In this document: one piece after another, positions 26,418 to 39,107 of the stretch | Layout of the letters: the number at the start of each line of letters is the position of its first letter | Position numbering within the stretch: the stretch's first letter is position 1 | DNA from: Lytechinus pictus | Lineage: Eukaryota | Reading direction: 5' to 3' | DNA length: 64,000 nt | Assembly (NCBI RefSeq): GCF_037042905.1 | Contig: NC_087250.1 | Span: 17,546,001 to 17,610,000, forward strand | Made by a program: the position numbers and the translations under genes | Notes under the pieces: model-generated | The model's input: the letters and a program-made list of their open reading frames with translations, nothing else | The model's database searches: none | What the model was told of the DNA's origin: nothing

Positions 26418-26934
26418 GGCCTGACCCTTGATGTGCATATCTGAGGCTGAAGGAGGAGACAATGGGATCCTACACGAGTGCTCCAGTTCCGGCAGGATTT
26501 CCACAAGCAGGCGTCAACTTTTCATGGATTGTATGTGACGCTAATACACACAAATACATGTTCGTCGGGCAAACTCCTGAAAGTCACGTCATCATCATTC
26601 ACATTCTCATTGTGCACAAGGTACGCACCATATTGTGCCTTCTCTCATTGTGCGTACCTAATATCATATATCACGCAGAAGCAAAGAGCTACTTTGTTAT
26701 CATTGAAGAGCCGGTATGCACTAGATCAAGCAATCTTGCCAGTGTGAACAGGGTTGGGATACATACAGTGTATATTGAATACTCTATGCTGTGAAAACCA
26801 TGAATACAATATGCTAAACAGGAGAATATGACAATAATATGTGTTACAACTACACAACAATACTTTTACAAATCACAAATGTTATTTCATAGTCTATACA
26901 TAGTTCTTCGATCCTTACAGATACAAATACATCA

Positions 26935-27404
26935 TGTGACCAGCAACCCCAAAACCATCAATAGGTCGCCTGGGAAGGTTCTCTGTAAATAGCAAAAATA
27001 GGGATTTGTTCTTCAAAAAGCAAAAAAAAATCATTTAGCTTATTTGAAAGAATGACTCTTCTTCATACTGTCAAAATTTCAAGTTGTACAGCTGTATAGA
27101 AAACAAAACAAGAGTTTCTTTGACACAAGCTTTTGAAAACTGCCTGGAAGTTTCATTGAATTTGCACAGGGTGCACTCTCATAAATGAACCCTGAAATTC
27201 AAACTTTGTTTTCTCCTTTTTCTAGAAAGCTGTCACTTAGCATCACTTACATTCAATCAAGTACCGGTACTCTTGTAGGTTATTGTTGATCAATTTTGAC
27301 AAGTTTTATATTATTTTAAAGCTTAGTATGTGCTTTTCAAACTCAATAAAAATCTTTAAATTTATTTAGGCGACTTGTTGTTGGTTTTGGGATGGTTGGT
27401 CACA
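26935..27404. mobile_element. MITE
   Basis: atgtgaccagcaaccccaaaacca / tggttttgggatggttggtcacat inverted ends. Confidence 0.65.
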
Positions 27405-27559
27405 TATGTTTCTGATACAGGTTGACGGCAGTGACTAATGGGGTGGGGGGCACAGGCCGGATGTCCCCCTACCGGATGTACCATGTTGTGGTTAACAGCT
27501 TACAGCTGAAGTGGCTACCCTGTGTACTTACTATAAAAAAAGGTTTACCCAATATTAAT

Positions 27560-27825
27560 CAATAATAATAATAACAATGACTTATAAAGCACCAAATCCA
27601 CTCTGTAGAGTGCTCAAGGTGCATGAAGAGCTTAGAGTTAAATAAAAAAGTTTTTAGATTTTTGAAAGTCTCGACAGAGGTACATTATCTTATGCCTTCA
27701 GGAAGGCTATTCCACAAAGTGGGGCATGCAAAGGCAAATTATCTTCCCCCCAAGTTTTTGAAACTTTTGGAATAACAAGGTAGCCAGAAGTGGATGAGCG
27801 CAAAGACCTACTTGGTCTGTATGTT
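27560..27825 (-). mobile_element. 3' remnant of an L2/CR1-clade LINE
   Basis: Minus translation with frameshift and stops: YRPSRSLRSS...FAFACPTLWNSLPEGIR..SVETFK.LKTFLF, typical of the L2 ORF2 C-terminus, followed by a (TTA)n tail. Confidence 0.8.
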
Positions 27826-30298
27826 TGTTGGGTAAAAAGACACCAAATATTTTACGCAATGCTGCATTGACATTTTACCCTTCAAACGTGCATTTTGCCC
27901 AATACTGAGGGAAATAATTACCCAGCAAACATGCATGTTCCCTTTCTATCCAATATTAGGTAAAATTTTACTTATATCTGCCACTGGTAGAAGCTTGCAG
28001 CCTCGTAAAGGCTCACCAAAAACAGGAAAATTCATCCGGATTGTGAAAAAAAAAGGTTTTCTCCAACTGTAGTATTGAATCAAAAATTTACAGATTAAAA
28101 TTATAGAGGTAGACTGGTAGATCCAATGGGGAACAGAAGCCAATGAAAATGTATTGATCCTTCAAGGAGGTTACTTGGGGGAGGGGTATTTTTTAACTGG
28201 TAGAGTACAATACTCTTTTTCATAGAAGTATATTAAAACAGAGCATATGCTATATTACATCATCACTTGCTATTTCAGATAAATATTGGCAATCTAGGCT
28301 GAACATTTAAGTAACACATCTACACTTTACATGTACTGGTACGGTACTACACAAATACATTACACATACTTAGTAATTTATACTATGTACATTCTAAACA
28401 AGAACATTAGAATTAAATGACGTAAATGAATTTGTACACATGAAATATACAAAACTGGCACATGCTAATGTACAAATTAACCCAATCAATGTAAACAAGA
28501 ACTGCATGAATTATATTATAATAATATAATATTATAATTATAACCAATAAATGAAATGAAATGAAATTGTCGGGTTTGAAAATAAACACCTACTTGTGAG
28601 GAACTTCCTACAATAGAAATGAAAATTAAATGATCGGAACATGATACCTCAATTTCTAATACTTACGACAGTTTAAAAAAAAAAAATCAAATTTTAACTC
28701 TGACCAGTTTGTCTCAACACTAAAACTGTATCATTGGTAGATAGACAAGGGTAGAAAATATGTAAACCTATGTAATACACATAAATCAATGTAATACACA
28801 TTTAGATCACAAATTAATAACATAAAATTCATCATCTAGAGAACCTAGAATATTCACAATTGTTTGATTGAATAAGGTCCATTGTCATGATTTGATAGAT
28901 TGAATACTTTGATCTTGAAAATGGGACACGACTTGAATATGCCAACAATACGCATTGTCATAATTCAATGTCAAATGAAAATAGATGTGGTGTGTTTTTT
29001 AAGGTTAATATCTTCTTTCTTCCTTTCCATCCATTAATTTCATTATTTTACTTCAAAACCTTTAAAAATATATCATAAATGGTAATGGTCTTTAATTAGT
29101 TCACATACATATCATAAATCTTTGGTAAGGATTGGTGTAAAAAAAGGAAAAGTTCTTACTTTTAACAAATCATAACATTGATTTTTGTTATTAATTTATT
29201 TTTTATTTACTTCAAAACCTTTCAAAATATATCATAAATGGAAATAGTCTTCAATTAATTCACAAACATATCATAAATCTTTGGTAAGGAATGGTGTTTA
29301 AAAAAAGGGGGGAAATAGGGAAAAAAAGGACAAGGTCTGATCATGAAATTGATTTTGTTTATTTTATTTTTTTCAAAGAGTGCTTTCAAGGAAAGGAGTG
29401 TAAAGCTGCCTTCAGTCCCTATTATAAAGAGAAGATTGCTCTATGACCAAGAATTACTAACACCTCACTGTGTGTCTTTGTAGGACATCCAATTGAAAAG
29501 TATATTTTTGATGGACACGCTTCATGAATCATTATTCATTAATATAAGTTTTCAGCTGTAAGAGAAACAAAATATTGTTTCTTAATCACTTTAGAATGAA
29601 ATAACAAAAAACAATATGATTTACAGGTAGCAAAAATTAAAATTCTCATGAGGTAAAATAGCAAAAATATTGAAAAGTATATTTTTGATGAACATGCTTC
29701 ATCAATCTTTAATAGCATTTTAAGCTGTTAGAGAAACAAAATATTGTTTCTTAATCACTTTAGAATGAAAAAAAAATAATACTCAGACAGCCCAATTTTA
29801 TCCTAAGTAGCACCAAAATAGACGAGTGATAATTAATTTTAAGCAAAACATTGTCAGGGTGGGACCATTATCAAAGTATAAAGAGAGGAAAAAAACCCAG
29901 TAATTATGGCGAAGAATGGGCTTGAGAGAAAGACGGAAAGACATAAGCAGTGCTGCAAAAAACTTTGCAAAGGACTTGCAGGTCTGTCATACGATCTAAA
30001 AATCAATCTCAAATCTTGTAATTGGCTGCAATTTTACAATCGACCACTGCATGGTCTGCTTGTTGCAACAAAAATTCTAGTTGATTTTAAAGCTCGGCAA
30101 TCAATTACAAATTTGCAATTGATTGCCACTTGGTTTCTTATTTCATTCCTATAAACACAGAGAATGAGAGATGAATGAATAATGTATAGAAAGAGAGCAC
30201 AAAAATTGGACCAATATTGAACCAAAAATGGAAGTAATGTAAAAAACAATTCTATAAAACGAATTTTCACCACAAGAGGGAGCCATGTAGAGAACCGC

Positions 30299-30529
30299 CT
30301 ATCGGGGGCGTGTGAGGAGGGTGAAATTGAAGTGCCGCGTCTCGGGAATCGGATGCGAGACCTCGCCGAATGCTATCTTTTCGGTCTGCGAGAATATGAT
30401 CATGGCGGCGGTCAAGAATGCGATCCAGAGGAAGAATCCGATCGCGAGACCCACGTAACAGAGGCGCCGGGTCGTACCCGAGGCCCGCTGGGCACCGATG
30501 ATGTCACCTACCGATGCACGATCACGAAC
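30299..30529 (-). CDS. CD225/dispanin family protein (IFITM/PRRT1-like), terminal exon
   Basis: cacag acceptor; VRDRASVGDIIGAQRASGTTRRLCYVGLAIGFFLWIAFLTAAMIIFSQTEK...RPR*. Contains the CD225 GD..GA...S loop and a transmembrane helix; total protein 154 aa. Confidence 0.9.
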   Translation of the reverse strand, partial: VRDRASVGDIIGAQRASGTTRRLCYVGLAIGFFLWIAFLTAAMIIFSQTEKIAFGEVSHPIPETRHFNFTLLTRPR

Positions 30530-31032
30530 CTGTGGAAGGAAACAAAGAGTAATTGTGAGCAGATGACACCTGAAGAAAAAAAAACATAAGTTGAGTAGAA
30601 AATTTAAAATCCTGCTCTGTACTATTATTTCCATAGCTCTGATTAAGGTTTGTAATATACTGTTGTATCAATGTTTTGATAATGATAACTAGATCTAGAT
30701 AAAAGGAAACAGGTTTTAAAAGGGATTTTTTTTTTTTTAGTATTCGATGTACCAATGACCGGCAGCTTCGGTGGACTGGACTGCCGGCTTCAACTCAGCC
30801 CTACTTTAAACCAACCAGATTCAAGGATTTCAGTGTATTATAACAAAAAGGCTCTACTATAAATAACTTGGTTCAAAATTGCATTTGAAATTTGCAACTT
30901 ATCACTTTGCTTCTACATTTCAGGGGCAGGGGGGGTGACCAGTAAAAGCCCATTTCCCCATGCTTTGGTAGATTTGGGAACAGACATTGCTAGTGTTGGT
31001 CTGATGTAAAGATAGAGAGCACATTATGAAAC

Positions 31033-31185
31033 CTGGGATCTGTTTCATAAAACTTTTTTACATTAATAAATTTACAGTAACAGTTAAAAGCTACTGAAAT
31101 CCTTCAATCTGATTGGCTGATGGTAAATTTGTTATAGAAATTGTGCACTTGTCATTATAACAAGTCTTTATGAAACAGGACCCAG
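31033..31185. mobile_element. Harbinger-like MITE (relatives at ~15998-16148 and ~22644-22796)
   Basis: ctgggatctgtttcataaaact / agtctttatgaaacaggacccag; shared core aagctactgaaatccttcaatctgattggctga. Confidence 0.72.
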
Positions 31186-31273
31186 AAGTCAGTGATTTTC
31201 ACTAACTATTTTCTCGGAGCCAATCAGATGCAAGGATTTCAGTAGCTTATAACTAAACGGATCTCGATCTCAC

Positions 31274-31414
31274 CTGTCTGGACTTGAGGATAGCGACAAG
31301 TCCAATGGGAGGAAAGAAGACCAAGACGAAGATGGCTAGACCAAGATAGTCCTTGCACGGAGGACCATTGTACTGTACCCCTATGACAGAGATATTAGAA
31401 ACCACTGGCCGTAC
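31274..31414 (-). CDS. CD225/dispanin family protein, coding exon 3 (first hydrophobic segment)
   Basis: tttcag acceptor; VRPVVSNISVIGVQYNGPPCKDYLGLAIFVLVFFPPIGLVAILKSRQ; CAG|GTGAG donor. Shows the CD225 pattern DYL..AI....P.G.VAI..S. Confidence 0.9.
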
Positions 31415-31963
31415 CTGAAAACAAAAGAAACAGAGAGATTGATTGATTCAATATAATTTTCTTATTTTATGCCTTAACGCATAGCATAATTATCAGCCTT
31501 TTACAGCGCCACCAAATTAATTTTTATTTTGATGGGCTACCCTTTCACAACTTACTGGCTAAATCTGCAACATTGTTGTAATATCAGCTTCAACATGGCA
31601 AAGGGGGTTTTTCACAGGCTCTCTTTTTATTTTCCATGGCATTTTTTTTACATTTCAGGGGCAAATTACACGGAGACCCTGCTTAGATTTTCCTGTTATA
31701 TTATACTCACTACACCGATCAATTATTTCCTTCTAACATGTTTTAAGTATGCTTCCAGAAGTTCCAGGCATTTCCTCTTTAATAGACATGAAATAAATGT
31801 CCATAATAGTTTAGAAACCAAAATTCACAATTACTTCCAAATGTAAAAAGGGAAAGGGAATATACATTGTAATTGCATAGCCCTGTGGTGGGAGATTAAC
31901 TGTGATCAGAATTAGTTGCCCCCACCCCTTTTAATTAACTAAAAATAAATAAATTAGACTTAC

Positions 31964-32046
31964 AGCTTGGGTATATACTCCAGGGTACGAAGCATAAGGT
32001 GACCGCATACCATGATGGAAGTTGTTCTCTTGAAGCCTTGTGTATG
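31964..32046 (-). CDS. CD225/dispanin family protein, coding exon 2 (Tyr/Pro-rich N-terminus)
   Basis: ttgcag acceptor; (P)YTRLQENNFHHGMRSPYASYPGVYTQA; |GTAAGT donor. Confidence 0.8.
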
Positions 32047-32971
32047 CTGCAAGAAAATTTGAAAGAAAAAATACCTTCTGCAAACGTATCACAATTCACA
32101 CAAAACAGCACAACAATTTCAAGACATGTTGCAAAACTTTGAAAAAGCCTAAAAAAAAATCAATGATAAGTTAATTGAACATTCCAGGGGGAGGAGATTG
32201 GGGATTTCCAATTACTGGTACGTAGGAAACAAGTGAAATATTAATGTTTTGAAAATAATATTCAACCATCCATCTTCAATATCCATAATTCCATAAAATA
32301 ATTTTATATTCTTCCCAAGTTTGTCTTTACCTTCAATTTCATTAAATTTGTTTTTTGTTTCTATAGACTATGTATGGAATCTAGTTTTGGTTTGGGGGCA
32401 TGCACTGCAGGGAGGACATTAATTTTTTTTTTACACTCAATTGACATATTCCATTGCAATACATTTTTCTTCCCAGACTCTCCTCGATTTGCATGAGCAA
32501 CAAGAAAGAAAACAAGGGCATCCGCGGCGCAGGCAAGTCAACAAGGCCAGGTTTACTTTAACGTGATCATTTTCTGCCCATGAGAGGCAAAAACTGAGGT
32601 AAAACTGACACAAATATTTGTAGATACAATGCTTGAAAAATTAGGTGACCATAGGCAATACCAGTAGTAGCAAGGCAGGGGTACTAGGCATGATGTGTTG
32701 GTAGGTCCAACAACAATGAAATGCCTTGACCCTGCCTGGCCTGGCCGCATGCTGGCTCACACTCAGTCGTATGAAGAAACCACTCGCACGCACTTGTTGT
32801 GTACATTGTCAATACAAATGATGCGACAGATCAAGTCTCATGACATGTCCGTCGTAAAATCAACATATCTTCACACCATTTTCATTCTAGACAATAATCC
32901 ATTCATACATTGACATCGTTGAAGAGATATTGATTCCATTTAATCAGCGAAAATTGTATTATTCGACTTAC

Positions 32972-32981
32972 GGGCAGACAT
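32972..32981 (-). CDS. CD225/dispanin family protein, first coding segment (MSA + 1 nt)
   Basis: Minus strand caaaATGTCTGCCC|GTAAGT. Phase 1 joins the next exon to give MSAPY. A tttcag acceptor lies 26 nt upstream of the ATG. Confidence 0.7.
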
Positions 32982-35335
32982 TTTGTAATGTATTTCGTCC
33001 GAATCAGCTGAAAGCTAACCTCTGTTCTCCATCATCCATCGCATAGATCTTTATTTACACCCGAAGGTGTTTACTACTAAAATATAGGTAAATAATTGAA
33101 GAACTTTTGTTAATTAAGCATTACTTTGAGCCATTTAAACGGTATTTTCATTAATGTATAGATTGAGGAATAAAATTCCAAAAATATTATATCAATAACT
33201 TTTATTTCAAATGGACTTATCACAGTCTAGTAATATTTTTAAAAACCTTAATGTACACAATACCCCCATTTTTATAATAAAATAGCCCAACGTCGGCCTC
33301 GAACGTGAATATGGATGCATCTCATATCAAAGGATCGGTAGATGCCGCATATGCATCTAATTTTCAGAGAAAATCCTTCGAATGTGATTTGGAGATGGAG
33401 GTCCGGATGTTTTGCGAAAGGGATATCGGGAGATGCCGCATGCATTAAATTTTCAGATAAACTGTCCTTTCGAATGATTTAGAGATGATAGAGGTCCCGA
33501 TCAAGGGGTCCCGATGGAAAGGGATATACTTGCCCAGTTACGAAGAAATACTTATAACAGGGCCTAGAATTTCCATAGGTGGATAAAGAGGGGACCGCCA
33601 GAGGCCCGCCCCCCCCCCTTCCCCAATATTGGCGGAGCAAAAATAGAGGGTAAAAGGGGAAAGAAGGAAGAAAAAGAACAGAAGGGAAAAGAGGAGGAAG
33701 ACGAGAAATAAAATAAGATGGGGGAAGACTTGGAAAAAATATTTCATGTCACTACAAAAAAATTCACTCGCGTTTCTCGCTCGCATTGCAACATGAGGTT
33801 CGATGTTGTTTAATAGGCTGATATTGAGTATAAAATGTATTGAAGTCAATAAACAAAACATATTTCAGTCCGGACATCGAGCTTTAATTCAGTATTTTGT
33901 TTGATTTACAAATTGATTTTCAAAAAGTTCTCTGTAAAAGGTCAGTTTTATTGTCTGAGTATCACATTTTCAGCTCGGCGCTGCGCGCACTCGCATTCAT
34001 TTGATTTGTCAGGTTCCTATATAGGCCTATTCTCTGATCTCGAGTTCCATAAAACTTTCAAAATAATGTATCCCTCTTCAGGTTTGACTCAAAACCAATC
34101 AGCTAGCGCTCGCATTTTGATTAGTGAGTAATGTATACCTTTATTGTAATTATATATATAACAAACTGCTTAAAAATCCAATTTTCCTGACGTTTTATTA
34201 AATATTACGGCTCGCGATTTGCGCTCGCATTAATTGTTAAAAATATATTACCCCATGCATCCTATTCATGATTACAAAAGTACCTAACATGTTCAGTTTT
34301 CAGGCCTTAACAAATTTCGCGCTCTCATTTAGGGTTATTAGATAGATAAGATAATAACATTTTCATGAATTCTTATAATTGAATTGTCCCTTTTTCAGAA
34401 AGGAATATCGACAAGTGCTATCTCGCGTTTAGAAAGAGCTAGTATGAAGATGGTTATCATTTTCATATGAATGACAAAATATCCTTTAGATTGTCCCGTT
34501 TCTAAGTCAAATGATAATTATAAAAAGATCGCGCTCGCCTCATTCATTAATTGCGGTCCATATCAGATTTTTAATTTCATTTCATTTAATTTATTGGTTT
34601 TTGCAACATTTTTCATAACACAATTCTGGACAAGAAAATACATATCTGAAACTTGACATCAAGGATAATGAACAATAGTTTTGTATATAAATCCTCAAAC
34701 ATATCTTACATAAATGAAAATCATTAAGTAGTATTTTCTGTTACACAATAAATAGGATGGTTGCAAGGGTCGTCACAAAAGCAAAGCTTGAAAACGTAAC
34801 AACCCTGGAATATAGCCAAAATAATTAATATCTATTGTCATTAAACGTGCAGGTGCATTATGAGGGACTGGGGGGAGGGAGATGCTTGGTCCTTAGCATG
34901 GAATTTTAGAAAATAACACGTTTTGTTGTTTGATTTTAATTTATACATGTTCTAGATAAAAATTTTCCTACACAATGCTTGAAATAGTGCTTATAGTTGA
35001 TCCTTTTTCAGATCGGAATATCCTATTTTCAGCTCGCGCTTCGCGCTCGCATGGAAGGGGGTGGGGAGGAGAAAAAAACCGAGTCGTCCGGTTTTTTTTT
35101 TTTTTTTTTGTCAGAATAGGCCCAGCCCCTACACAAAATTAAACTCGCGGGTTTGAAACTTATTTTAATCTGCAAAGCCTACTTTGATTTTCTGATGGGG
35201 GCGGTCTAAAAAAAATTATTTTGTTAATATTTGCTCCTCCCCCGGACGGACAGGTATCCCCGTACCGCAAACATCTTCCCGAAGTGCCCCCCCCCCTTAA
35301 TTCTTCCCCACGGGGAATTCCCACTGATCTCTCCC

Positions 35336-35845
35336 CCCGGGGGGGGCACTCAGTATATAATGCATAGTGGGTATGTGCCGCGGAGGGGACCCCCATTTTT
35401 ACACTCAAATTTCCGTTCCGAGGCATAGCATTTTTGTCTTATTGAGAAAAAGAACAAAGAAAGCCGCTCCAGAGCATAGCATTTTCTTCTTCTCGAGAAA
35501 AAAAGAAGAAAAAATCCGCTCCAGGGCTTCGCATATTTTCCGTTACGCCGTTCCGGTCGCAATTTTGGTGAAAAGCGGCCGCAGCTCGCTGTCCGACCAT
35601 CGCCTCTGCGCTAGCGCGCCCGTCAGTCGTGCCGTCGAGCTAGCTGCACGTACGTTCCATAGGGATGCATACGCACTCGCACGCAGGCGACCCGTTCCAA
35701 GGACCCCCGTTTTCACAAACATTTGTAGTTCCGAAGCCCGTTCCGAGGACCCTCCTTTTTACTATGAGCCCGCTCCAAGGCCCCCGTTTTTTGTCTCGCC
35801 CGCGGCACACCCCTACTACTTTTTTGGTCGAGTGCCCCCCCCGGG
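35336..35845. mobile_element. GC-rich CCCGGGGGG-ended MITE
   Basis: cccggggggggcactc / gagtgccccccccggg ends; internal ccgttcc/ccgctcc repeats; sits in the loop of the inverted repeat ggggaattcccactgatctctcc. Confidence 0.78.
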
Positions 35846-36710
35846 TCTCTCCCTTATCCCGTTAGTGGAGAGATCAGTGGGAATTCCCCTAGTCGATCCG
35901 ATCCCAGGCCAAGCCTAGCTAGCCTAGCCCAGAGTTTCATGATTTGTTTGGCGACGTCACGTCAAAATATTGCGTAATGATCACAGCTAGCTGACTGACG
36001 TGGTCTTGGACTTGGATGATCATGATTGATGGGATAATGATGAGCGACATTCCGGATTGATTCGACGGCTTCAGCCTAGCCCAGACTAAACCCCCTCTGT
36101 GCTAAAACTATGAGTATGTGGGCCAAATTAAGGTAATTTGGGGGAACTTTGAAATGTTTGAAGTGAAAGAAGATTGATATTTATGGTGTAGGGCCTAGAC
36201 CCACTCGTATATTTTTTTGTAGTGAATGTCAGATTATCGTGTCTTGCAACTTTACTGAAAATATGACGGGGACCTTAAAGCTACACATTTTTTTTTCAGC
36301 GGTTAATTTGAATAGATTGTCTTACTGTAATTCATGGTAAATATTTTAAATATCATATTGCAAATTTTTGATTTAAAATGCTCAGCTAGTTAGTTAGTAT
36401 TAGTAATTTGGTTAAAAAAGAGAACAAATTCTAGGCATCAAATTGACAATTCTGCATGCTGACTGTTGTGTTTTAACACAGGCATGACACTTTTGACCAC
36501 TCCTAGTACCAATGAGGTCCAACATTACATGTATGGACCTCATAGGCGACATCAGTAGTATTTTTGGTTAGAAATCTCTGAGAACAGGATATTTAGGCAA
36601 TTATATCACAAGTACAAGCTCTATTCCTTTCTCTTATTTAAATTATAATTTTATAGTGTAAATGCATCGTTAGCAACAACAAAAAATGAAAGAAATGAAG
36701 GGGAACTTAC

Positions 36711-37206
36711 ATTTTCACGGCTTTTTCCTGATTTTCTGGGCAGCTGCTCTTCTCTTCTGACTCGCGATCGAAGCTGATATGAAGATCACGTGATTCGCGT
36801 TCTCGTCAGCTGATCGGTTGGTTATTCTTTTCGTCAGACGTTAATAATATATATTTTATAATGCTAGCATTCATCGCTAATTTAGGTGAAAGAGATTGAA
36901 GTTAAACAGCGCCAGGTCGGAATCATAATTATTTTGGAAGAGTGTATTTATACACTCGATCTCATACCTGACGTAGACGGCGCTATTCAACAAATGCACA
37001 ATCTTCAATATAAAAAATAAAACAGAAAGAACGCCTTGAACACAGGCCAAAATGCCTAACGATTTATCCGCGGCATTAACAACTATCGTAAAGGGCGCTC
37101 CATTTATCAATAGAGATGGACGCTAAGCTGTCTATGGCGACAAAATTTGCCGCAAATATTTACGAAGAATTGTGAGAAATGGTCTGAAAATGCAACAAAA
37201 GAACCG
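36711..37206. promoter_or_regulatory. Candidate bidirectional promoter and first non-coding exons of the CD225 gene (-) and MTHFSD (+)
   Basis: CpG-enriched stretch with a minus-strand donor (plus acttac, 36705-36710) and a plus-strand donor CCG|GTGAGT after 37206; palindromic E-box ATCACGTGAT near 36784. Confidence 0.5.
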
Positions 37207-37409
37207 GTGAGTACCGATTAAACATTATTAAAGTTATAAATAGATTATACATACCTTGTAGATTTAGTTTTTAAGGTGATATTAGTGCTTAGTTCTAAGC
37301 TAGGGAGGCCCAAACGCGCGTGAGTGGAGTCCCAGTTTATTAGCACGGGTAAGTATTGGGGTGTCGCCTAGAGTGCTTTTGACAGGCTATGGACTTGTGC
37401 CTATATGTT

Positions 37410-38340
37410 GCATGTCATCATCCCCATCAATCATTACCACCATCAATCATTTTAATTCATCACCACCATCATCGTTCATCATAATAATTCATAAAATATA
37501 ATAATCATCATCATAAAAAATATCCATCACCCGGCCCCATCACCAGCTTCATCATTTATATCACCATCATCTTCATTATTATCACCATATTCATCATCAT
37601 TATCACCATATTCATCATCATCATCATTATCACCATATTCTTCATCATCATTATCACCATGCATATTCATCACCATCATCATTATCACCATATTCATCAC
37701 TATCATCATTATCACCATATTCATCATCATCATTATCACCATGCATATTCATCATCATTATCACCATATTCATCATCATCATTATCACCATGTTCATCAT
37801 CATCATTATCACCATATTCATCATCATCATTATCACCATCTTCATCATCATCATCATTATCACCATCTTCATCATTATCACCATATTTATCACCATCATC
37901 ATTATCACCATATTCATCATCACCATCATCATTATCACCTCATATATATTCATCATCATCATTATCACCATATTCATCATCATCATCATTATCACCTCAT
38001 ATATATTCATCATCATCATCATCACCATATTCATCATCATCATTATCACCATATTCATCATCATCATTATCACCATATTCATCATCATCATTATCACCAT
38101 ATTAATCATCATCTCCATATTCATCACCATCATCATTATCACCATCTTCATCATTATCATCATCATATCATCTTCATTATCATCTTCATCATCATGATTG
38201 AATGTTTAGGAAGAATCATCACTATCATTATCAGGAATCATCATCCTCATCAGTATCACCAGTTCACCACCACATCATCTTCATCTTTCCTTGTATCATC
38301 TCCTTGCATGCTGTTATACCTTGTAACTTCATCACAATCA
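37410..38340. repeat. (ATC)n-derived minisatellite (unit ~ tcatcatcatcattatcaccatat)
   Basis: Tandem repeat visible directly; it is the source of the His/Ile/Ser/Met-rich ORFs in the track. Confidence 0.92.
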
Positions 38341-38523
38341 TGTCGATGAGCTGTCTATATAGAGTCCCCTTTAGTTTTATCCAATTATCTCATTCTTCCC
38401 TATCCCTTCTTCCATTTACATTTATTCCTTTTTTTTGCAAGCCCTATCCTCATCACCATCAACATGCATTCTGTTCACCATGTGTTAATATATGATCACC
38501 ATTAATTTTTTAATGATTTTTAA

Positions 38524-39107
38524 AGGACAAGTCCACCCCAACAAAAAGTTGATTTGAATAAAAAGAAAAATATCCAACAAGTATAACACTGAAACTTTTA
38601 TTGAAATAGGAAAGTTATGACATTTTAAAATTTCTCTTAATTTCACAGAACAGAACACATGTATGCGCTGAAAAATGCACATCCTGGTCGGTATGCAAAT
38701 TTAGGAGACTGATGACGTCATCCACTCAATATTTATTTTGTATTTTACTATATGAAATATTCTAATTCTCCTCATTGTCAAGTGAAACAGATTAATTCCT
38801 CCCTGAACATGTGGAATTAGCATTGTTTTTATACTATATGGTCCAGTCAAGTTGCTCCTTATTGTCAAAACCTGTAAAATTGAATAATTCAAACAATAAA
38901 AAAAATATATATTGAGTGAGCGACATCATCGACTGTCTCATTTGCATACAGGTAGGCTATAACTGTTTCGTGAAAAATAAGCAAAACTTTAAAGTGTCAT
39001 AACTTTCTTATTTAATATGTGATTTTGATGAATTTTTTTACTGTTATGCTAGTTTGATTTTTCTCTATTAATATAGAGTCAACATTTTTCTAGGGTGGAC
39101 TTGACCT
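38524..39107. mobile_element. TTAA-flanked Kolobok-like MITE
   Basis: ttaa-AGGACAAGTCCACCC ... GGGTGGACTTGACCT-ttaa. Confidence 0.85.

Noticed and set aside
35367-35918. 183-aa ORF
   Set aside because: It lies almost entirely within a GC-rich MITE and has no transposase or other recognisable motif.
37527-38349. His-rich, Ile-rich, Ser-rich and Met-rich ORFs up to 202 aa
   Set aside because: They are alternative frames of an (ATC)n minisatellite in an intron, open in many frames at once, with no splice support.
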